A stretch of DNA of 64,000 nt from Demequina lutea (GTDB lineage: Bacteria; Actinomycetota; Actinomycetes; Actinomycetales; Demequinaceae), in NCBI GenBank assembly GCA_003246255.1, contig QKAX01000152.1, positions 19,099-83,098 of the forward strand, read 5' to 3'. How positions within the stretch are numbered: position 1 is the stretch's first letter; every line of letters starts with the position of its first letter. Of the stretch, positions 22,640 through 31,188 are shown in pieces. The notes under the pieces were generated by a model. That model saw only the letters and a list, made by a program, of their open reading frames with translations, had not been told where the DNA came from and did no database searches. A program made the position numbers and the translations under genes.

Positions 22640-23551
22640 TTATGCCCGCGGGTGCGCGAGCGCGTAGGCGCTGCGCAGCCGATCGGCGGATACATGTGTG
22701 TAGCGCTGGGTCGTGGTCAACGACGCGTGGCCCAGCACCTCCTGAACCGAGCGAAGGTCGGAACCCCCCTGGAGCAGATGAGTCGCTGCGGTATGGCGCA
22801 GCGCGTGCGGCGCGATGCTCGGCACTCCCGCCGCGTTCGCGACCGTGTGCACCGCCTCGCGTACCTGGCGCTGATTGACGCGGCCACCACGCCTACCGAC
22901 AAAGAGAGCCTGGTGGGTCGCGCCGGCACCTCGCAGGCACGTCTCGCGGCCGTACTCGATCCAGCGATCGAGCGCTCGAGCGGCCGGGAGCCCAAAGGGC
23001 ACCACACGCTCCTTTGCGCCCTTTCCGAGGACGCGCACCGTGCGCTCCACAAGATCGATATCGGCCAGATCGACGCCGGTGAGCTCGCCCACGCGGATAC
23101 CTGTGGCGTAGAGGAGCTCCAGCATCGCCCAGTCACGCAGGTCGATCGGGTCGCCGGAGTCAGCACGCACCTGCGCGATGTCCATGAGTTCGCGGGCCTG
23201 GTCCACGCCCAGCACCGCCGGCAACGTCCGTGAGGGGCGCGCCGACGCGAGCCGCAGCGCGGGGTTGTGCTCGCACTCGCCTGAGCGGTGGGCCCACGCA
23301 AAGAAGGTGCGGATGGCCGCCCCCCTGCGGGCAAGGGTGGCGCGGCTCTTGCCGTCGCCGGCCTCGCTGGCGAGCCACGCGCGCAGGTCCGCGAGCGCCA
23401 CGTCCGTCCACGTGGAGTCGTCGTCGAGCCCCAGGTACGCAGCGAGCGACTCGACGTCGCTCACGTAGGCCCGCACAGTGTTCTCGGCCGCGCCGACGCC
23501 GTGGCGGAGGTACTCCGCGTAGCGCTCGATGAGCCCAGGACCCTGTGTCAT
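22640..23551 (-). CDS. xerC: site-specific tyrosine recombinase XerC
   Basis: ARGKERVVPF..., HALRHTAATHLLQGGSDLRSVQEVLGHASLTTTQRYTH (R-H-R-Y catalytic region). Confidence 0.92.
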   Translation of the reverse strand: MTQGPGLIERYAEYLRHGVGAAENTVRAYVSDVESLAAYLGLDDDSTWTDVALADLRAWLASEAGDGKSRATLARRGAAIRTFFAWAHRSGECEHNPALRLASARPSRTLPAVLGVDQARELMDIAQVRADSGDPIDLRDWAMLELLYATGIRVGELTGVDLADIDLVERTVRVLGKGAKERVVPFGLPAARALDRWIEYGRETCLRGAGATHQALFVGRRGGRVNQRQVREAVHTVANAAGVPSIAPHALRHTAATHLLQGGSDLRSVQEVLGHASLTTTQRYTHVSADRLRSAYALAHPRA

Positions 23552-23555
23552 GGCT

Positions 23556-24845
23556 TCACTGTGGCATCGTCACACCCGTCAAATCAATACCTTGATTCAC
23601 ATTTGTCACATCAGTAACGCGTTTCGGCGTGATCTGTGGCGTATTTGTCATGGTTCGCGGCTTTTCTAGCCGTGCGTGCGCCCACTCATCCCCCCGATGT
23701 CGCACGAGCCCCGCGACGTGGAGAGCCCCCGCCGCGGCCCGCGCCTCGAGCAACGTGAGGCCCGCCGCAGCCGCGAGCGACGCGAGAGGCCGTGGCCGAG
23801 CGCCGCATGCGTCGTAGAAGGAGCGCTCATGCGGCGAGCCGAACTCGGGGCGGAGCTCGTCTGACGGCGCCGCGTTCACTGGTCGCGATCCGCCGGACTC
23901 CCCCATAGCACCCGCCCACTCGGAGGCTGACGCCCACAACTCGAGCGCGTGGCTCGGCTCTGACACCAAGACCGCCGCCCCGTCACGTATCAGGCCGTGA
24001 CAGCCCGTTGACCCTGCGGAGGTCGCCGGCCCCGGAACGGCACCAAGCGGCCGCAGGAGCTCGAGTGCATGGCGCGCGGTGGACAGCGCACCCGACCGCG
24101 ATGCCGCCTCGACCACCACAGTGACGCGCGACGCGGCGATCAGCCTGTTCCTGCTGAGGAACCGCTGGCGACGAGGCGCCGAGCCGGGAGGAACCTCGCT
24201 GACGACGGCCCCGGTGGCTGCCACGTCGCGCAACACCTCCGCGTTTGCCACGGGATAGAGCTGGTCCACGCCACCCGCCATCACGGCAATCGTCAGGCCG
24301 CCCGCAGCCAGGACCGCGCGGTGCGCCGCCACGTCGATGCCAAAGGCTCCGCCCGACACGACCGGCGCTCCGGCATCGACGAGACCTCCTGCCAGAAGTG
24401 CCGCCATGTGGGCACCGTATGCGGTCGAGGACCGCGATCCCACCACGGCCGCGCCGTCGCGCCACGCCGCGTTGAGGTCGGCCGCGCCCCGCACGTACAG
24501 CGCGAATGGGGCCGCAGGCCCAAGGTCGTCGAGCGCGACCGGCCAGCCTTCGTCGCCCCTCACGATCACGTGACCGCCCACGAGGGACGTCCGTCGCTCG
24601 TGTGGCGCAGCGGCAAGGTCGAGCCGCCTGCCCCACCGCTCGAGGCCCGCCCCCAGCTTCTCGGCAAGACCCTCTGAGCACAGCGGCGCGAGGGCCATCA
24701 CCGCGCCCACCGGATCCGCCTGGCCGGACCTCACCCAGCCGAGGGCCTCGGCCGCTCCGCACACCTCAACAAGTGCACCCGCCACCGCGTCACCCGGCTC
24801 CACGATCGCGCTCCACGCGATGAGCGCGTCCCTCTCGCTCGTCAC
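23556..24845 (-). CDS. dprA: DNA-processing protein DprA
   Basis: VVGSRSSTAYG...VVSGGAFGIDVAAHRAVL...RFLSRNRLIAA Rossmann-like DprA core. GTG 24845 overlaps the comM TGA (GTGA). Confidence 0.88.
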   Translation of the reverse strand: MTSERDALIAWSAIVEPGDAVAGALVEVCGAAEALGWVRSGQADPVGAVMALAPLCSEGLAEKLGAGLERWGRRLDLAAAPHERRTSLVGGHVIVRGDEGWPVALDDLGPAAPFALYVRGAADLNAAWRDGAAVVGSRSSTAYGAHMAALLAGGLVDAGAPVVSGGAFGIDVAAHRAVLAAGGLTIAVMAGGVDQLYPVANAEVLRDVAATGAVVSEVPPGSAPRRQRFLSRNRLIAASRVTVVVEAASRSGALSTARHALELLRPLGAVPGPATSAGSTGCHGLIRDGAAVLVSEPSHALELWASASEWAGAMGESGGSRPVNAAPSDELRPEFGSPHERSFYDACGARPRPLASLAAAAGLTLLEARAAAGALHVAGLVRHRGDEWAHARLEKPRTMTNTPQITPKRVTDVTNVNQGIDLTGVTMPQ

Positions 24846-26365
24846 AGAGCATCCCCATCGCGGGACCTGAGCACCATCGCGGTGGTCACATGCGTCGATG
24901 CAGGCTCGGAGTCTCCCGCAAGGTCGGCGAGGGTCCACGCGACGCGGAGCGCCCTGTCGACGCCGCGCGCGGAGAGCAGCCCCTTGTCTAGCGCAGCAAG
25001 CGCGGGCTTGGCCGCTGGCGAGGGAGTTGCGGATCGCACCCATGCGGACGACGCCTGCGCGTTTGTCACCCACGGCGCGCCAAGGAAGCGCCTCCCCGCA
25101 GCTGCACGCGCCACCGCAACCCGCTGAGCGACATCGGCGGTCGACTCGGTCGCGTCCGCCGCGCCGCGGCGCACGGGCAGCACATCCATTTGGATGTCCA
25201 CCCTGTCCAGCAGGGGTCCGCTCAGCCTGCCAAAGTAACGCCGGCGCTGCAGCGCAGTGCACGAGCACCTATCGCCGCGCGCGTAATAGTGTCCGCACGG
25301 ACACGGATTAGCGGCGAGCACGAGCTGGAACCGAGCCGGGTAGCGTGCCGCGCCGTACGCACGATGCAGCACTATCTCGCCGCTCTCGAGCGGCTGTCGA
25401 AGCGTCTGCAGCACAGCGCTGGGGAACTCCGGAGCCTCGTCAAGAAACAACACCCCGGCATGTGCGAGCGACACGGCGCCTGGCCTAGCGATGCGCGAGC
25501 CGCCGCCCACGATCGACGCGGCAGATGCGGAGTGATGCGGAGCCTCAAACGGCGGCCGCGTCAGCAGCCCCGCCGCCGCATCGAGCGAACCGGCCACCGA
25601 GTGCAGCGAGGTCGCCTCGAGCGCCTGGGTGGTGTCCAAGTCGGGCAGCAGCCCGGGGAGGCGCGACGCGAGCATCGTCTTGCCAGCTCCGGGTGGCCCC
25701 ACCATCAGCAGGTGATGCCCGCCAGCGGCCGCGACCTCGAGCGCCCACTTGGCCTCCTCCTGACCGCGTACCTCCGCGAGGTCCGGCACGTGCGCGGCGG
25801 GAGCCGCGGCAGGCGGCTGCGCGGCGCGTCGGGGACGTGACGCCGGACGCGCGTCCTCGTTGCCGTACAGAGCTGCGACGTCGGCGAGCGTGTCGACGCC
25901 CGTCACCTCGGCGCCGGGCACCAGCCGCGCCTCCGCGGCATTCGCGGCTGGCACGACGATGCGGGTGTGCCCTGCGGCCACAGCGGCGGCCACCGAGGGC
26001 AATACACCGCGTACAGCGCGCACCTCGCCGTCGAGCCCAAGCTCGCCCAGGAACACGGCGCGCGACGGGGCTGCGCGGTCGATCGCGCCTGAGCCCGCCA
26101 ACACCGCGACGGCAATGGACAAGTCCGTGACGGATCCGGACTTTGGGAGCGAGGCGGGCGAGAGATTCACAGTGATGCGCCGCTGCGGCCAGGTGAGGCC
26201 CGACGACGCCACGGCCGCTCGCACGCGATCGCGCGACTCGTTGAGCGAGGCATCGGGAAGTCCCACCAGCACAAAGGCCGGCAGCGACGCCGCAAGGTGC
26301 GCCTCGACCTCGATCACGTGCCCCTCGACGCCCACGAGCGCGACGGACAGGGAGCGCCCGATCAC
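24842..26365 (-). CDS. comM: YifB/ComM family Mg-chelatase-like ATPase
   Basis: LMVGPPGAGKTMLA Walker A, GVLFLDEAPEF Walker B, Lon-like N-terminal domain. GTG 26365 overlaps the yraN TGA. Confidence 0.9.
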   Translation of the reverse strand: MIGRSLSVALVGVEGHVIEVEAHLAASLPAFVLVGLPDASLNESRDRVRAAVASSGLTWPQRRITVNLSPASLPKSGSVTDLSIAVAVLAGSGAIDRAAPSRAVFLGELGLDGEVRAVRGVLPSVAAAVAAGHTRIVVPAANAAEARLVPGAEVTGVDTLADVAALYGNEDARPASRPRRAAQPPAAAPAAHVPDLAEVRGQEEAKWALEVAAAGGHHLLMVGPPGAGKTMLASRLPGLLPDLDTTQALEATSLHSVAGSLDAAAGLLTRPPFEAPHHSASAASIVGGGSRIARPGAVSLAHAGVLFLDEAPEFPSAVLQTLRQPLESGEIVLHRAYGAARYPARFQLVLAANPCPCGHYYARGDRCSCTALQRRRYFGRLSGPLLDRVDIQMDVLPVRRGAADATESTADVAQRVAVARAAAGRRFLGAPWVTNAQASSAWVRSATPSPAAKPALAALDKGLLSARGVDRALRVAWTLADLAGDSEPASTHVTTAMVLRSRDGDAL

Positions 26366-26760
26366 GCGATGGCCTGCAGGTGCGTCACGCGTGCGGCGCC
26401 GGCCTTCGGGAGCGTGATGGCCACAAGGTCCACGCGCACGCCCGCAAACCCTCCGCCGTGATCCGCAAGCCACTGCGCCACGAGCCCCCGAAGGCGCGCA
26501 GCCTTGCGATGCGTCACCGCCTCAAGGGGCCCGCCGAAGGCATCCGAGCGGCGGGTCTTGACCTCCACCGCCACCAGCACGTCGCCGTCCACCGCGACGA
26601 TGTCGATCTCGCCGCGCGCGCACCGCCAGTTCCTGTCGACCACCGTCCAGCCCGCTTCCACGAGCGTTCTGGCGGCGAGCCGCTCTCCGTACTCGCCCAC
26701 CGCGTCCTTTGCCGCCACCGTGCACCTCCTGCGAGCACACTGGCGCGGGGGCAGGGGCAC
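26362..26760 (-). CDS. yraN: YraN family (UPF0102) endonuclease-like protein
   Basis: GEYGERLAARTLVEAGWTVVDRNWRCARGEIDIVA...VEVKTR motif. The true start may be the GTG at 26718. Confidence 0.8.
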   Translation of the reverse strand: MPLPPRQCARRRCTVAAKDAVGEYGERLAARTLVEAGWTVVDRNWRCARGEIDIVAVDGDVLVAVEVKTRRSDAFGGPLEAVTHRKAARLRGLVAQWLADHGGGFAGVRVDLVAITLPKAGAARVTHLQAIA

Positions 26761-26826
26761 GCGGCGCGGTCACCCCGCAAACCGGTGGAAGGAGGCCGAG
26801 GACCGGGCCTGGGGACGACGCTAAGG

Positions 26827-28176
26827 TCAGGCGACCGCGTCGTCGTCCTCCTCGAGCTCCACGGGCTGCTGCGCATCGGTCGACAGGATCAGCCGTGCCC
26901 CCACCGCCGCCAGCACGAGCATCGCCACGCCGCCAATAGCGAAGGGCATGACGAGCGAGACGCGGCCCACCAGGCCGCCCAGGACGCTCGCCACGGGGAT
27001 GAGGCCCCACGCGATGGTGCGTGCAAAACCGAGCACGCGACCCATGAGCCGTTGCGGAATGACGGCCTGCCTGGCGCTCGCCCACGGCACGTTCCACGTG
27101 GACACGCCGCCCGCGCTCAGGGCGTAGGCGATCATCGCGCACCACACGTTGGGCGACACCGCGACCAGCACCAGGCCCGCGCCGCCCGCGACGGTGGCCC
27201 ACAACATGACGCGACCCCTGCCCCAGCGCTTCACCAGCATCGGCGCCACGACCGAGCCGGTGAGGCCTCCTACTCCGATCGACGATGCGACGAGGCCCAG
27301 CAGCGCCTCGGGCACCGCGAAGCGCTCAAGGAAGATCAGCAGCATGGTCGCCTGCGCGAATGTCAGCGACGCCGCGACGGTGGACGTGAGCAGCGTCATC
27401 CAGCGCAGGAACGGGTGGTTCCACAGGTAGGCGATGCCCTCGCGCAGCGAGACGGACGGCCCCGCGCCGCCGGCGACCCGAGCCTCGGCCGCAACGCCGT
27501 CGGCCGCCTTCACGACCGCGCGACCCCGAGCGGCGCGCGCCGCGACGGCGGGCAGCGCGAGCGAGAGCGCCACCGCCACGCCGTAGCCGCCACCCGCAGC
27601 CACGAGCGGAGCGATCGCGGCCATGGCAAACAGCGCCGCGCCGATGGGAGTGGCAACAAAGAGGTCCACCGCGACCTGCGCGGCCTGCACGCGGCTATTC
27701 GCCTTGTCGCGCAGCGCGGGCCTCACGACGGTGGGCAGCACCGCGTTGGTCGCGTTGTCGAAGAACACCTCGCCCACGCCGTACAGCAGCACGGTGACGG
27801 CCACCCATGCGACGGTCACGGAATCGGTGAGCACGAGCGCCACCAGCAGCGCCGATGCCGCGAGCCGCAGCACGTCGGCGGCCGCCATCACCTTGCGGCG
27901 GTCGTAGCGGTCAATCACGCCGCCCGAGTACACGCCCAGCGCGAGCCACGGGATCACGCCCAGCGCGCCGAGCACCGAGATGGCCAGCGGGTCGCGAGTG
28001 AGCGACGCCGCGAGCAGGGGAAGCGCGACGCGCCCCACGCCGTCGGCGAGATTGGAGCCGATCGCGGCGATCCAGAGGCGATAGAACGCGGCGCTGAGTT
28101 TCTGCGGCGCGGGCGACGCGGCGTCGGCCACCGCCTCGGGCGCGGGTCCTGCCGCGGGGGTCACGGGTGCGGTCAT
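26827..28176 (-). CDS. MFS transporter
   Basis: About 12 hydrophobic segments. The N-terminus is FYRLWIAAIGSNLADGVGRVALPLLA. ATG 28176 overlaps the regulator TGA (ATGA). Confidence 0.85.
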   Translation of the reverse strand: MTAPVTPAAGPAPEAVADAASPAPQKLSAAFYRLWIAAIGSNLADGVGRVALPLLAASLTRDPLAISVLGALGVIPWLALGVYSGGVIDRYDRRKVMAAADVLRLAASALLVALVLTDSVTVAWVAVTVLLYGVGEVFFDNATNAVLPTVVRPALRDKANSRVQAAQVAVDLFVATPIGAALFAMAAIAPLVAAGGGYGVAVALSLALPAVAARAARGRAVVKAADGVAAEARVAGGAGPSVSLREGIAYLWNHPFLRWMTLLTSTVAASLTFAQATMLLIFLERFAVPEALLGLVASSIGVGGLTGSVVAPMLVKRWGRGRVMLWATVAGGAGLVLVAVSPNVWCAMIAYALSAGGVSTWNVPWASARQAVIPQRLMGRVLGFARTIAWGLIPVASVLGGLVGRVSLVMPFAIGGVAMLVLAAVGARLILSTDAQQPVELEEDDDAVA

Positions 28177-28766
28177 CGGTTCAGCTCCTCGGGCTCGATC
28201 GGCGTGAAGACGTTCGCGGTGAGTAGCACGGTGCGCGCGCCCTCGGGGGCCTCGCGGTCGCCAAAGCGGTTCTTGATGGTGGACAGCAGCGCCTCGATCT
28301 GCTCGGTGACCTCGCCGAGCTCCGCAGCGGTGAGGCTGAGCTTGGCCGCCGTGAGCAGGGCGTTGTCGGTCCACTCGTCCGGGAGCACGCGGTCCGCATG
28401 GCGCATGTAGTCGTCGATCTCGCGGTGACGCTGATCCGCCCACTGGCGCGCGATCATGCGCCCCGCCTCGATGGCCGCGGGCTCAAACCCCGTGCCCGCG
28501 CCAATCGCCACGCCGCCGGGCACGCGCTCCCAGTACCGCTCGCGCTTGGTGCCCTTGCCCTCCACCTCGCGCACGAGGCCGTGACGCTGCAGCTGACGCA
28601 GGTGATAGCTCGTCGCGCCCGAGGACTGGCCGAGCCACTCGCCCAGCATGCTCGCGGTGGCAGGGCCGCGCTTCCAGAGCTCGTCAAAGATCTCTACGCG
28701 CAGTGGGTGCGCGAGGGCCTTGAGCGCCGCGGCGTCGAGTTCTCTGCGGGGCACTGAGTTCGTCAT
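28173..28766 (-). CDS. ArsR-family winged-helix transcriptional regulator
   Basis: LKALAHPLRVEIFDELWKRGPATASMLGEWLGQSSGATSYHLRQLQRHGLV HTH region. The ATG at 28766 lies 3 nt from an 18-bp palindrome. Confidence 0.82.
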   Translation of the reverse strand: MTNSVPRRELDAAALKALAHPLRVEIFDELWKRGPATASMLGEWLGQSSGATSYHLRQLQRHGLVREVEGKGTKRERYWERVPGGVAIGAGTGFEPAAIEAGRMIARQWADQRHREIDDYMRHADRVLPDEWTDNALLTAAKLSLTAAELGEVTEQIEALLSTIKNRFGDREAPEGARTVLLTANVFTPIEPEELNR

Positions 28767-28769
28767 GAC

Positions 28770-28787
28770 TGCAAAGATATCTTTGCA
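28770..28787. promoter_or_regulatory. perfect 18-bp palindrome, putative operator of the ArsR-type regulator/MFS operon
   Basis: TGCAAAGATATCTTTGCA at 28770-28787, with an extra half-site TTCTTTGCAA at 28793-28802. It is AT-rich in a 70% GC background and lies immediately 5' of the regulator ATG. Confidence 0.6.
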
Positions 28788-28825
28788 AGGGATTCTTTGC
28801 AACAGGAGCTGGACGCGGAAACAAC

Positions 28826-28852
28826 GATGCCCCGCCGGCCAGGCGGGGCATC
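28826..28852 (-). terminator. stem-loop terminator downstream of the DUF2469 gene (end of the rplS-lepB-rnhB-DUF2469 unit)
   Basis: GATGCCCCGCC-ggcca-GGCGGGGCATC: 11-bp GC-rich stem with a 5-nt loop, about 20 nt after the stop at 28873. On the minus strand it is followed by GTTGTTTCC. Confidence 0.6.
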
Positions 28853-28872
28853 GGGACGAGGGAGGAAGGCGG

Positions 28873-29199
28873 CTAGCGCCCGCCCTTCAGCTGTCGAATG
28901 TCGGGCATCGCATCGTCGTGATCGAGCTCCTCGATGTTCACGTCGCGGAACGTCACCACGCGCACGTTCTTCACCAGGCGAGCCGAGCGGTACACGTCCC
29001 ACACCCAGGCATCGTTCATGGTGACCTCAAAGTAAATGTCGGAGCCGCTCGCCCGCACCTGCAGGTCCACCTTGTTGCACAGGTAGAAGCGCCGCTCGGT
29101 CTCCACCACGTAGCGAAACAGGCCCACCACGTCGCGGTACTCGCGGTAGAGCGCCAGCTCCGCCTCGGTCTCGTAGTTCTCCAGGTCTTCACTGCTCAC
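28873..29199 (-). CDS. DUF2469 family protein
   Basis: VSSEDLENYETEAELALYREYRDVVGLFRYVVETERRFYLCN. This is the conserved actinobacterial ~108-aa protein downstream of rnhB. GTG start at 29199. Confidence 0.82.
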   Translation of the reverse strand: MSSEDLENYETEAELALYREYRDVVGLFRYVVETERRFYLCNKVDLQVRASGSDIYFEVTMNDAWVWDVYRSARLVKNVRVVTFRDVNIEELDHDDAMPDIRQLKGGR

Positions 29200-29233
29200 C
29201 CCACCATCATGGCCGATGCCGGGGCCACACGTC

Positions 29234-29890
29234 TCACGCCGACGCGCCGGGCAGCTTCCACGAGACGCGGTGAAGGGGGCTCGGGCCCAGTTCCCGCAGC
29301 GCCGCCAGGTGCACCGCGGCGCCGTAGCCCTTGTTGGATTCCCAGCCGTACGCGGGGTAGTCCGCATGCGCCGCGCGCATCATCGCGTCGCGCTCGACCT
29401 TGGCCAGCACCGAGGCCGCCGCGATGGACGCGCAGCGGTTGTCGCCCTTGACCACCATGGTCACGGGCGGGGTTGGCACAGGCTCGCGCTCGGCGAACAG
29501 GTCCGCCGGCGGCGCGGTGAGCCAGTCGTGCGTGCCATCGAGCAGCACCGCGTCCACAGCGACCCCAGCATCGGCGAGCGACGCGAGGCCCCTCAGGCCG
29601 GCGAGGCGCAGCGCCCCCACGATGCCCACGTCGTCAATCTCGGCCGGCGACGCATGGCCCACCGCGCGTCCCACGCCAAAGACGCCCAACGCGTCGAGGA
29701 GCCCCTCGCGCGCGGCGCGGGTGAGTTGCTTGGAGTCGGCCAGCCCATCCGGCCAGGCCTCGCATCGGGACACGGCCACCACGCCAACGGAGACGGGGCC
29801 CGCAAGGGCGCCGCGGCCCACCTCGTCGATGCCAGCCACCACGGCGGCGCCAGCGTCCCACAGCGCGGCCTCGAACTCGAGCGAGACCAC
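29234..29890 (-). CDS. rnhB: ribonuclease HII
   Basis: VAGIDEVGRGALAGPV...DSKQL motifs. Confidence 0.93.
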   Translation of the reverse strand: MVSLEFEAALWDAGAAVVAGIDEVGRGALAGPVSVGVVAVSRCEAWPDGLADSKQLTRAAREGLLDALGVFGVGRAVGHASPAEIDDVGIVGALRLAGLRGLASLADAGVAVDAVLLDGTHDWLTAPPADLFAEREPVPTPPVTMVVKGDNRCASIAAASVLAKVERDAMMRAAHADYPAYGWESNKGYGAAVHLAALRELGPSPLHRVSWKLPGASA

Positions 29891-29892
29891 GG

Positions 29893-30537
29893 CTACTGCG
29901 TCGGGTAGGGGTTCCCGAACGTCTGCCAGTGGTCGAGGGGCCAGACGGTCACGAAGACGGTGCCCACCACGGAGTCGGCGGGGATGGTGCCGCCGCCCGG
30001 ATCGCCCAGGTGGGCGCGGGAGTCGGCGGAGTTGGAGCGGTTATCACCCAGGACCCAGAGGCGCCCCTCGGGCACCTCGATGGACCAGGGGTACGTGCAA
30101 CTCTGCGTGTCGGGCTTGAGGTAGTCCTCTTGCAGCGGCTCGCCGTTGACGGTCACGATGCCGTCGGAAGGGTCGCACGCAACGGTGTCGCCCGGCAGGC
30201 CGATCACGCGCTTAACCAGGTGCTCCCCCGCGTCGTTCGGGAGCAGGCCAACAAACGTGGCCACGTCGTCCCACACGCGGGTGAGGCCCGTGGGCTGCGG
30301 CGTCTGCGAGGCAGACAGCCAGCCGCCGGGGTCTTTGAACACGACGATGTCGCCGTGGCGCAGGTCGAGCGGTCCGGGCCGCCACAGCGACACGAGGATG
30401 CGGTCGTTGACCTGCAGGGTGTTCTCCATGGAGCCCGATGGGATCCAGAAGGACTGGAAGACGAACGTCTTCAGAATCAGCGACAGCGCGAGCGCGCTCA
30501 CCGTGACGATGAGCGCCTCACGCAGCCACCACCACAA
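29893..30537 (-). CDS. lepB: signal peptidase I
   Basis: IPSGSMENTL (catalytic Ser box), GDNRSNSADSR box. The start codon is TTG at 30537, the first possible start in frame. Confidence 0.9.
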   Translation of the reverse strand: MWWWLREALIVTVSALALSLILKTFVFQSFWIPSGSMENTLQVNDRILVSLWRPGPLDLRHGDIVVFKDPGGWLSASQTPQPTGLTRVWDDVATFVGLLPNDAGEHLVKRVIGLPGDTVACDPSDGIVTVNGEPLQEDYLKPDTQSCTYPWSIEVPEGRLWVLGDNRSNSADSRAHLGDPGGGTIPADSVVGTVFVTVWPLDHWQTFGNPYPTQ

Positions 30538-30596
30538 ACGACGACCGACGGAGGGGGAAGCCCCCTCCGTCGAGTCGTCGTCGGTGTAAGAAATGA

Positions 30597-30944
30597 CTAG
30601 TTCTCGCGCTTCTCGCGGATACGAGCCGCCTTGCCGCGCAGGCCGCGGAGGTAGTAGAGCTTCGCGCGACGCACGTCACCGCGACGGTCAACCTCGATCT
30701 TCTCGATCGTGGGAGCGTGCAGCGGGAAGGTGCGCTCGACGCCAACGCCGAACGAAATCTTGCGGACGGTGAACGTCTCGCCCACGCCCTTGCCCTGGCG
30801 GGCGATCACGACGCCCTGGAACACCTGGACACGCGAGCGGTTACCTTCAATAACCTTCACGTGCACCTTGAGGGTGTCACCGGCACGGAAGGCCGGGATG
30901 TCGTCGCGGAGCTGAGCCGCAACGACGTTGTCAAGCTTCTGCAT
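30597..30944 (-). CDS. rplS: 50S ribosomal protein L19
   Basis: [36 protein letters not shown]. Confidence 0.96.
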   Translation of the reverse strand: MQKLDNVVAAQLRDDIPAFRAGDTLKVHVKVIEGNRSRVQVFQGVVIARQGKGVGETFTVRKISFGVGVERTFPLHAPTIEKIEVDRRGDVRRAKLYYLRGLRGKAARIREKREN

Positions 30945-31188
30945 GACTGTCTCTCCTCGCGCTTGCCACAGGTCTCCCGCGATCTCTGCCTGATGGCATT
31001 GAAAGTGAACGTGCGCCGCGGGCTAAGCCGAACCCCCTGTGGCAGGTCCCGGCGCCGCGCGCACCGACGGACAATTCTGCCATACGCATCCCGCCTGGTC
31101 GAGCCACACGAGGCGCGGCGTGCATCACCCGACGACGACGCCGGGCCCGTGCCCGGCCGACGCCGCCACAAGGCGCCGCTCGGCAGCG

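Noticed and set aside
22640-23660. xerC as a sign of an integrated mobile element, and a dif site nearby
   Set aside because: xerC sits in its conserved housekeeping context (dprA-xerC-whiG-rpsB). It has no flanking att-like repeats, phage genes or tRNA. Nothing here resembles the 28-bp dif core (..ATAA..-6-..TTAT..).
23556-25268. Longest-ORF models with long N-terminal extensions (e.g. dprA 570 aa, rlmN 447 aa, comM 543 aa, MFS 538 aa, apbE 349 aa, M15 peptidase 338 aa)
   Set aside because: The extensions are Arg/Gly/Pro-rich, overlap the upstream gene extensively and lack homology. Internal starts with 4-nt overlaps, an SD or a signal peptide give canonical protein lengths.
26380-28410. 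676-aa plus-strand ORF, and similar ORFs at 7748..9310, 36908..38866, 42862..44820, 49918..52119 and 60391..62415
   Set aside because: All are mirror frames of well-supported minus-strand genes (MFS, proS, NOX-like, ffh/glnD, smc, ileS). None has a domain signature, and all show off-frame composition.
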